From assembly GCA_965203355.1 (NCBI GenBank), contig OZ241889.1, positions 736,001-800,000 of the forward strand: DNA of 64,000 nt, in the 5' to 3' direction. Under the pieces are notes generated by a model that was given only the letters and a program-made list of their open reading frames with translations, ran no database searches and had not been told where the DNA came from. Both the position numbers and the translations under genes were made by a program. Position 1 is the first letter of the stretch; every line of letters starts with the position of its first letter. Of this stretch, positions 57,353 to 64,000 are shown piece by piece. This stretch comes from Candidatus Latescibacterota bacterium. GTDB taxonomy: Bacteria; Latescibacterota; UBA2968; UBA8231.

Positions 57353-58294
57353 TTAAAGCGGCCCATAGGCGCTGATGGCCGAATCGTGGAAAAGTGCCCG
57401 ACGCTCGTCGTCTGAAAAGCCAGCACTCCACTCGAGGAACTTGGCGTAGAGATAGCCGATGCTCATACCCCGCAGTTTATCGACGGGATAGTTGCTGGCA
57501 AACATGCAGCGGCTACAGCCAAAGCGTTCGATTAGTTCTTGGACGACTGCGGCGATTTTGGCCTCTTTGGTCGCATCCTCGTGGAAGGCGTCTCGCGCAA
57601 ACCACGCCATGGACAACTTCATATAGACATTGGGCAATGCGGCCAGCGCAGCCATGCCGGTGCGCCAGAGGTCCTCGTGCGCTTGATCTTCGCCATCGTG
57701 GAGAAAGCCGAGATGATTGGCGACGACGCGGAGGTTGGGAAAGTCGCGGAAAACGGCAACCGCATCTTCTACTTGGTGGGGATTGCAGGAAAGATCGAAG
57801 GCGAGATTGTAGCGTTCTAAAAGCGCCAGGCCCTCGCGAAAGCGGCTGCTTTGCAACACGCCGTCTTGTACTTGCGGCCAAGTCAGGTCGGGATGGTCGG
57901 GATGGTGATTGAGGATCATGCGCACGCCGCGCAGATGGCCTTGGGCGGCCGCTAGGTGTTGTGCAATGGTGCGCTCGGCCGCGGCGATGTCGCGCTCCAG
58001 ATGCACGTACGCGACCATGCCAAAAGGCTGTTCGGTCGCGCTCGGTTCGAGTTGGTCGCGCACCCAGCGGGTCTCTTCTACCGTATTGACGGGAACGCCG
58101 TTGGGTACTTGACCGACGACGGTTTCGACGTGGACGCCGCTGACCCGCCGCAACTCAGGGGGCAGGCCGCCCATGTCTTGGAAGTAGTCGGCGGCCCGGT
58201 ACGCCGGCATGACATCGCCGAGATTGGGATTGGGTCGCTCGGCTAGGTCCCAGAGGTGGAAGTGAGGGTCGCACAGGGGAATGGGAGTCTGCAT
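57353..58294 (-). CDS. Amidohydrolase-2 family lactonase (L-fuconolactonase-like)
   Basis: DPHFHLWD, VHVE, GVR, FDL, NHLG, KLS, FG..RCMFASNYPVD. Confidence 0.88.
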   Translation of the reverse strand: MQTPIPLCDPHFHLWDLAERPNPNLGDVMPAYRAADYFQDMGGLPPELRRVSGVHVETVVGQVPNGVPVNTVEETRWVRDQLEPSATEQPFGMVAYVHLERDIAAAERTIAQHLAAAQGHLRGVRMILNHHPDHPDLTWPQVQDGVLQSSRFREGLALLERYNLAFDLSCNPHQVEDAVAVFRDFPNLRVVANHLGFLHDGEDQAHEDLWRTGMAALAALPNVYMKLSMAWFARDAFHEDATKEAKIAAVVQELIERFGCSRCMFASNYPVDKLRGMSIGYLYAKFLEWSAGFSDDERRALFHDSAISAYGPL

Positions 58295-58321
58295 GGAGAA
58301 AAGCCTTTCGCTGATAAATGG

Positions 58322-59179
58322 TTAGGCAAACGCCGCCTTCACGGATTCAGGCAGCGGAGAGTGGGCACCTTGGTGCTGCACCGCGCTAGCACCGGCGGCG
58401 CACGCTAAATATAGGGCCTGTTGCGGGTCCGTACCGAGCAGAGTGCTGGCGGCCAGAACTCCGCTAAAGGCGTCGCCAGCCCCGACCGCATCGACGACGG
58501 ACACGGGCGCGGGCCGGGCGGCGAACGAAGCCCCCGGAATGTGGAGCTGAGCGCCGTTCCTGCCCGAGGTAATCGCCAAGCGATCCAACTCGTAGCGGGC
58601 GAGTAAGTCGGCGGGTGAAGCGACCGCGGCGATGTCCCGCACGGCCTCCCATTCCTCGTCGTTGAGCTTGACAACGGTCGCCGCTTCGAGGCCAAAGAGC
58701 ACGGTCTGCGGCGTATAGCAGCCCCGGCGCAGGTTGACGTCGAAAAGCCGATGTCGGGGCTTGGTGGCCAGCAAATGGCTCAGTGCCGGACGATTGGCTG
58801 GGCTGCGCTGCGCGGCTGTGCCGTAGTAGATCAAGTCAGGGGGGCGGTCTAACGCCGGTTTAGTTTCGATATAGTCCCATGCTACGTCGGCGCGAATGGC
58901 GTAAGAGGGTTGCCCAGCGTCGAGCAATACATCAACCGTGCCCGTAGGCTCGGGCCGCTCGGCGACCCACTGCTGATCGATGTCGGCGCGCCGGAGAAAG
59001 CCCCGCGCCTGCTGCCCCAGTTCATCGCGCCCCACCGCGCTGACCATGGCCACGGGAAAGCCGAGTTGGCGTAGGTTCGAGGCGAAATTTAGCGGGGCAC
59101 CGCCCAAGTAGCTGCGGTCGGGGAAGCAGTCGTAGAGCATCTCGCCGAAAACGATGGAGGTGAGGTTTGCCTTGTCCAC
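58322..59179 (-). CDS. PfkB-family carbohydrate kinase
   Basis: GEMLYD, GGAPLN, SAVGRDELG, FDVNLR, KLNDEE, DAVGAGDAF. Confidence 0.93.
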   Translation of the reverse strand: MDKANLTSIVFGEMLYDCFPDRSYLGGAPLNFASNLRQLGFPVAMVSAVGRDELGQQARGFLRRADIDQQWVAERPEPTGTVDVLLDAGQPSYAIRADVAWDYIETKPALDRPPDLIYYGTAAQRSPANRPALSHLLATKPRHRLFDVNLRRGCYTPQTVLFGLEAATVVKLNDEEWEAVRDIAAVASPADLLARYELDRLAITSGRNGAQLHIPGASFAARPAPVSVVDAVGAGDAFSGVLAASTLLGTDPQQALYLACAAGASAVQHQGAHSPLPESVKAAFA

Positions 59180-59186
59180 AGTGTGG

Positions 59187-60155
59187 TTACAACGGCGGAA
59201 AGAGCACGTAGCCGACGGCACTGCGTTCCAGCCAGACTTTGCAGAATTCCGCTAAATCGTACGCCCGGGCGACCTCGGTGGATGCGGCTGGATCGTTGAC
59301 TAGCGCGGTATGCCCGGCGCAGCCCCGGACGACCAGCAAGTGCCCAGATGTCCGCGCAATGGCGGCCCGGCTCAACTCGCCCACCTCGTAGCGCACGGAA
59401 GCAACAATAGGAAGGCCCGCGTCGAGCAGTGCATGCGCCGTCTCCCAAGACGGAAAGTGCAACAGATAGCCCAAGAGGCCCCGGCGCGCGGCCGCGTGGA
59501 TGTTGGCCGGCCACACGCCGTATAGTCCGCTAGGCTGGTGGTGCGCTTCTGCAATCACGTCGTAGATGTCCGCGCTATGGCCGTGGTAAGCGAGGATCAT
59601 GGCGATGCTGGTCGGCGAGCAGACGTGGGAAGCCAGCTCGGGCCGCAGAGCCATCTGGCTTTGCGGCGGCACGGCGAGAGCCGTATCTCGGCTAGTACAT
59701 GTCGGAGCGGGCACTGCGCCCGCGCGGCGCACCGAGACCGAGAGCAAGGCCGGGGCTGTGGGGGCGATGCCTTGGACGCGCAGATGTAGGGTGGCTGCTT
59801 GCAAGGGGCTGCGGATGCGCAGGAGATCTATTTCCGCTGTGACCGCTTCGTTTGCTGCGCCTGCTTCAGCCCCGACAAACAAGCCGACTGGGTCGAGGAC
59901 GGCTCGGCTGCGATGACCCGCTTTGGTTTTGCATTCCACTGCGAACTGATAGCCCCACGCGCCAGCATAGAAGACCGAGAGGCACGGCAGAATTTCTAGC
60001 GCGTCTTCTAGCGCTGCGGATGGCAAGTCAAACGAGAACTCGGCGCCATTCCACGCTAACGGCTCGATCGGCTGAAGCCGGAGGGATGGCGGTACGGCGC
60101 GTTGCAGCGCGGCCTCGTCCAGCCCTTGGGCAAACAATAGAAGTGCGTTGCTCAT
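59187..60155 (-). CDS. Peptidase C39-like protein
   Basis: VPPQSQM, CSPTS (catalytic Cys), YGVWPAN, GHLLVVRG (His), VNDPA. Confidence 0.85.
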   Translation of the reverse strand: MSNALLLFAQGLDEAALQRAVPPSLRLQPIEPLAWNGAEFSFDLPSAALEDALEILPCLSVFYAGAWGYQFAVECKTKAGHRSRAVLDPVGLFVGAEAGAANEAVTAEIDLLRIRSPLQAATLHLRVQGIAPTAPALLSVSVRRAGAVPAPTCTSRDTALAVPPQSQMALRPELASHVCSPTSIAMILAYHGHSADIYDVIAEAHHQPSGLYGVWPANIHAAARRGLLGYLLHFPSWETAHALLDAGLPIVASVRYEVGELSRAAIARTSGHLLVVRGCAGHTALVNDPAASTEVARAYDLAEFCKVWLERSAVGYVLFPPL

Positions 60156-60223
60156 AGGTTCGTTGGGGAAGAGTACACGCAATCAATCCCGGCGTCCAGC
60201 AGGGTTGCCAACGCGCGAGTCGC

Positions 60224-61204
60224 CTATCCCCAGAGTTGGGGTTGGGGCGGATGGAGGAGGCTGCCTTCGTAGCGCAGCCCGTGCTCCCGATCCTTTTGCA
60301 GCAGCAGGGGACCGTCGAGATCGACGAAACGGGCTTGTTGCGCCAGCAGGACAGCCGGTGCCATAGCCAGCGAAGTGGCAATCATGCAGCCGATCATCAA
60401 ATCCAATCCACGTGCGCGCACCTCGGTTGCCACGCGCAGGCCCTCACTGAAGCCGCCGGTCTTGTCGAGTTTGAGGTTGACGCATTCGTAGCGGGAAGCC
60501 AGTTCCGCGAGATCCGTGGCCGTGTGGCAGGATTCGTCGGCGCAGAAGGGAACCGGGTGTTTGAACTCGGCGAGGAGGGCGTCTTGGGTGGCGGGCAGCG
60601 GTTGTTCGACGAGCGCGACGCCCAAGCGCGCTAGTGCGGCTGAGAGCGGCTCGACTTGATCGGCGGACCAGCCTTCGTTGGCATCGACGATCAGAGTCGA
60701 GTCTGGGGCGTTGGCGCGGATCGCAGCGACGCGGTCGAGATCGTCGCGACCGGCGAGTTTGATCTTGAGCAGCGGGCGGGCGGCGTGTTGGGCTGCGGCT
60801 CGGCCCATAGTCTCTGGGTCGTCAAGCGAGAGGGTGTAGGCCGTGGCCACGGGGTGGGGTGCCGCTAGCTTGGCTAGCTCGTACACTGGACGACCGCTGA
60901 GTTTAGCTTCCAAATCCCAGAGCGCACAGTCCAAGGCGTTGCGCGCCGCACCGGGCGGCAGGGCGCGTTGCAATGCCGCCCGGTTGAGCCCGGCTTCCAC
61001 CTGTGGACGCAATGATTCTAGCGCGTCTATGGTTCTGGCCACGCTTTCGTTGTAGCGGGGATAAGGGAGGCATTCGCCGCGGCCAACGCAGCCATCGCGG
61101 CTCAACTCGACGACGACGACATCGGCGGTGGTTTTGGCCCCGCGCGAGATGGCAAAGGTCTGGGCGAGCGGGAAGCGCTCACCGCGAATGGAGAAGCGGG
61201 TCAC
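60224..61204 (-). CDS. dgcA: N-acetyl-D-glutamate racemase / L-Ala-D/L-Glu epimerase family
   Basis: FAISRG, GECLPYPRY, GAARNALDCALWDL, KIK, DANEGW, EQP, ADES, KLDKTGG, GCM, DLDG; coupled to the DUF1611 gene. Confidence 0.85.
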   Translation of the reverse strand: MTRFSIRGERFPLAQTFAISRGAKTTADVVVVELSRDGCVGRGECLPYPRYNESVARTIDALESLRPQVEAGLNRAALQRALPPGAARNALDCALWDLEAKLSGRPVYELAKLAAPHPVATAYTLSLDDPETMGRAAAQHAARPLLKIKLAGRDDLDRVAAIRANAPDSTLIVDANEGWSADQVEPLSAALARLGVALVEQPLPATQDALLAEFKHPVPFCADESCHTATDLAELASRYECVNLKLDKTGGFSEGLRVATEVRARGLDLMIGCMIATSLAMAPAVLLAQQARFVDLDGPLLLQKDREHGLRYEGSLLHPPQPQLWG

Positions 61205-62199
61205 AGGGCGTCGACCAAGCGCGCGGCCCCTTGGCGCAGCGGATCGACGGCGGGCAGGCCTGCTTGGTTTTCTATGGTTTTGATCAGTTCGGAGGCGCGG
61301 TCCTCCGGCAAGTGCGAGGTGTTGACGGCCATGCCGACGGTGCGGCAGGCCGGGTTGGTGAGCCGGGCGCACTGCTCGTTGAGGCGGATGCAGTCGAGCA
61401 AACCGGGCAGCGGATATTCGGGCAAGCCGCGCATGTGGGGCCGGTTGGGATCGTGGCAGAGGACGAGTGCGTCGGGTTGGGCACCGTGCATGAGGCCCAG
61501 CGATACGCCGGCATAAGAGGCGTGGAACAGCGAACCTTGGCCTTCGACTAAGTCCCAGTGCTCAGGGTGGTTGGCCGGGGTTAGGACCTCGACAGCTCCA
61601 GCGAGGAAATCGGAAACCACGGCGTCAATGGCAATACCCGTCCCGGCGATGAAGATGCCGGTTTGGCCGGTGGCGCGGAAGGTGCAGGCCATGCCCCGCG
61701 CCTGCATCTCGCGCTCGATGGCCAGTGCAGTGAACATCTTGCCGACCGAGCAGTCAGTACCAACGGTGAGCAGGCGTTTGCCCGGGCGTTTGACGCCGGT
61801 TGCAATGGGAAAAGCGCGGCCGGCAGCGCGTACGTCCACGAGGCGAGTGCCCTTTGCGCGGGCGCGGTCGGCCAAGCCGGGGATGGTGCCAAGGTGCGTG
61901 TGCATGCCGTTGGCGAGGTCGTAGCCGAGGTCAATGGCATGCAACAGGGTCTCGCGCCAGAGGTCGGAGATGGTGCCACCGCGATTGACGACGCCGATGA
62001 TGAGGGTGCGGGCGCCGGCGGCGCGGGCCTCGGCTAGAGTTTGGTCGGGCAGTCCGAGGTCGGCGTGGCAGTCGGGAAGGCGAAACTGACCAATGCACTG
62101 GTCGGGCCGCCAATGGGCGACGCCAACGGCCGTTTTGGCGGCTAGCTGGTCGGCGGCGTCGCCGAGGAATAATAAGTATGGGGGCGCGAGCTGGATCAC
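61201..62199 (-). CDS. dgcN: DUF1611 D-glutamate N-acetyltransferase
   Basis: PYLLFLGDA....AKTA, NGMH, VGTDCSVGKM, ATGQTGI, DAVVSDF, EGQGSLFH, HGAQPD. Confidence 0.88.
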   Translation of the reverse strand: MIQLAPPYLLFLGDAADQLAAKTAVGVAHWRPDQCIGQFRLPDCHADLGLPDQTLAEARAAGARTLIIGVVNRGGTISDLWRETLLHAIDLGYDLANGMHTHLGTIPGLADRARAKGTRLVDVRAAGRAFPIATGVKRPGKRLLTVGTDCSVGKMFTALAIEREMQARGMACTFRATGQTGIFIAGTGIAIDAVVSDFLAGAVEVLTPANHPEHWDLVEGQGSLFHASYAGVSLGLMHGAQPDALVLCHDPNRPHMRGLPEYPLPGLLDCIRLNEQCARLTNPACRTVGMAVNTSHLPEDRASELIKTIENQAGLPAVDPLRQGAARLVDAL

Positions 62200-62525
62200 G
62201 GCCAGCAAACACCCACGAGGCGACCAGCATGTCGAGGCGGTGCTGCCGCCAGTGCCATTCGAGGTGCGCTGCCACCGCCAGCTAAGCGCGGATGAGTCAG
62301 GCATTCGAAGCTGGCGGGATCGGCCTCGAGGATGTGGGCAAAGTGCAGACGGCAGTTGCGGACGCGAGCCTTGGCTGGGTCTGGGGCGGACAGAAGATCC
62401 CGTTTGAGCCGCGGCATGGCTTCGAGCAGGTGTTCAGTCAGGTCTTCAGAGCCATAGACTTCGAGGTGATAGCGCTGGGCGGGCGTGAGCGCGGGAAAGG
62501 GCCGGATGAATTCGCTGTCGGACAT
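62200..62525 (-). pseudogene. Internally deleted PhyH-like dioxygenase relic
   Basis: MSDSEFIRPFPALTPAQRYHLEVYG...HILEADP..ECLTHPRL; the catalytic HxD...H region is missing. Confidence 0.6.
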
Positions 62526-62841
62526 GCGCGGAAATATAAGCGCGGGAAAAGGGAATGCCAATGGGAGAGCAAATGCGCTGTTATTACGGCTAAAAAGCGA
62601 CCTGCACCGAAGCAAATCACAGCCAGCATCTCGGCGCACTGGATTGAAAATTTAGCGTTGCATTGAAGTACTCTTTTTTGCACCTTTAAATGTACATACA
62701 AGTACGAGCCTTTTGCGAAATTCTCGTAAATAGCGAATTATTAAAAGGTTATCCATTGGAAAATTCCACCTGATCGCGAACTTGCAGAAATATGCCACCA
62801 TTGTGGATTTTCCAGACCGTCGCTAAAAAGTACTCAATCTA

Positions 62842-62857
62842 GTACCATATATGGTAC
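62842..62857. promoter_or_regulatory. Palindromic operator of the TA operon
   Basis: Perfect palindrome GTACCATATATGGTAC just before the RBS; GTAC cores recall YefM-family operators. Confidence 0.65.
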
Positions 62858-62870
62858 AAAATGGAGAAAT

Positions 62871-63125
62871 ATGCTTCAATCCATACCCATCGCCGAAGCC
62901 CGCAAAGTCCTGAATCAGTTGCCCGATCGCTTTGCCGCCGAACCCGAAGCGAATGCCCTCGCTGTGACGCGCCGCGGCCAGCCGGTGCTCGCGCTGATGC
63001 CGTGGTCGCTTTACCAAGGCATTGTCGAAACCTTGGAGGTGCTCGGAGACGAGGCCCAGTGCGCCGCGCTGCGCGAAGGCATCCGACAGCTTGAGGCGGG
63101 CGAGCGCGTCATATGGGGGAAATGA
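62871..63125 (+). CDS. Phd/YefM antitoxin
   Basis: IPIAEAR..L..L, VTRRGQPVLALMPW..YQ.IVETLEVL. Confidence 0.9.
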   Translation: MLQSIPIAEARKVLNQLPDRFAAEPEANALAVTRRGQPVLALMPWSLYQGIVETLEVLGDEAQCAALREGIRQLEAGERVIWGK

Positions 63126-63439
63126 CGTTGCGCGTTGTCTTGGCTCAGCGCGCCGTAGAGTCGCTGCAAGGTGTGCTCAACCGGCGAATTGCCGAGCAAG
63201 TGGCACAATACATCACCGGGTTGGCAATCGATCCTGAGGACCAGGGCTGGCCCTTGGTCGGCGAGTTAAAGGGCTACCGCTGCCTGCGGCCTCTGGGCGG
63301 CTGGTTCCGCATCGTCTATCGGGTGGTGCTCGGGGAGGTCGAGGTGGTTTTGGTGTCGGTCGGGCAGACCCATTTGGCCGGTGAACGGGACTTGCGTGCT
63401 CTGGCGCGGACGTTGTTTAGCGAGCGCCTGCTAGGCTAA
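63122..63439 (+). CDS. RelE/ParE-family toxin
   Basis: ATGA overlap; DP..QG.PL.GELKGYR.LR...FRIVYRV...V.LV.VG. Confidence 0.88.
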   Translation: MTLRVVLAQRAVESLQGVLNRRIAEQVAQYITGLAIDPEDQGWPLVGELKGYRCLRPLGGWFRIVYRVVLGEVEVVLVSVGQTHLAGERDLRALARTLFSERLLG

Positions 63440-63964
63440 GCGACGGCCCGACGTACTCCTCGCCGCCGAGGTTGCTTCCGTCGATCAGCGAGAACGTCTT
63501 CTTGTGTTGGGGAAGACGACTTTGGTGTGTCGATCGCCGATCAAGCCGCGAAAAAGGCCCATGTCGTGCTTGTGGGGACACGTGTTCTGGGAGGCGTACC
63601 AGTCGCGGTACGAAGCAAAATTGAACACTGTGACTGATCGACTCGTGCGCCGAGTAAATCTCGCCGCCGTATCCTTGGCCATAGCAGGCTAGCAAGTCGT
63701 CGTATTGCTTGATGTGGTTGATTTTGACAATCTGGAACAGTTCTGTTCCTCGCCGACCGCGTGGCGGCCCGCAGGCCCAGGTCGGTGCCGCGGCCGAGGC
63801 ATCGACGCTCTTCTACGATTTGCGCGGCCGCCTACTGCGCTTCCTCGACGGCCCGCCGTTGGTCGAACCGGGCACAGCACCGAATGAGAGATAAAGCAGG
63901 TAGCTTGACCGAGACTCGCGGTTTAATTTAATCTACATCACCCTCTTTACGCCGGAGAAACGCC

Positions 63965-64000
63965 ATGCGTGTTGCGATCTATTCCGCATTTCTTTTGAGC
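63965..64000 (+). CDS. Start of an unknown gene (3' partial, possible signal peptide)
   Basis: RBS GGAG followed by MRVAIYSAFLLS running off the window. Confidence 0.45.
   Translation, partial: MRVAIYSAFLLS

Noticed and set aside
62745-62815. oriC or DnaA-box cluster
   Set aside because: Only degenerate matches (TTATCCATT, TGTGGATTT); no perfect box and no dnaA context.
63417-63894. Short ORFs after relE
   Set aside because: Frameshifted fragments on both strands (one YDLRGRLLR stretch recalls FlgD-like tails) that cannot be assigned; treated as probable debris.

Overview
This is a GC-rich (roughly 60% by eye) bacterial chromosomal window with about 55 intact CDSs and no rRNA, tRNA or CRISPR array that I can see. 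The backbone mixes housekeeping genes (gap, rnd, ogt, hemJ, amtB, recQ, birA, oadG-oadB-oadA) with a heavy catabolic load: four intact PhyH-type Fe(II)/2-oxoglutarate dioxygenases, four enolase-superfamily enzymes, three HpcH/HpaI aldolases, an IlvD/Edd dehydratase, a frameshifted UxuA-like gene, a sulfatase and dgcN-dgcA. That profile resembles Latescibacterota/Poribacteria-like marine or sponge-associated genomes (inference only). Several small accessory inserts interrupt the backbone. (1) A lower-GC pair of dynamin-like GTPases resembling the Eleos/LeoABC anti-phage system; the first protein appears to end in a degenerate NusA-like tandem KH module, which is my best candidate for an undescribed system. 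(2) A Phd/YefM-like gene, a DNA methyltransferase and a convergent PD-(D/E)XK endonuclease cut by one in-frame stop. (3) A PIN-type toxin-antitoxin cassette flanked by a 54-bp duplication of the recQ 3' end. (4) A Phd-RelE pair and an orphan DUF433 antitoxin. Non-coding structure includes an IS5-like MITE and an AT-rich site with two triplets of phased 12-bp repeats between convergent genes. Many intergenic gaps hold heavily deleted gene relics. All family assignments come from motif recognition by eye, not from database searches.
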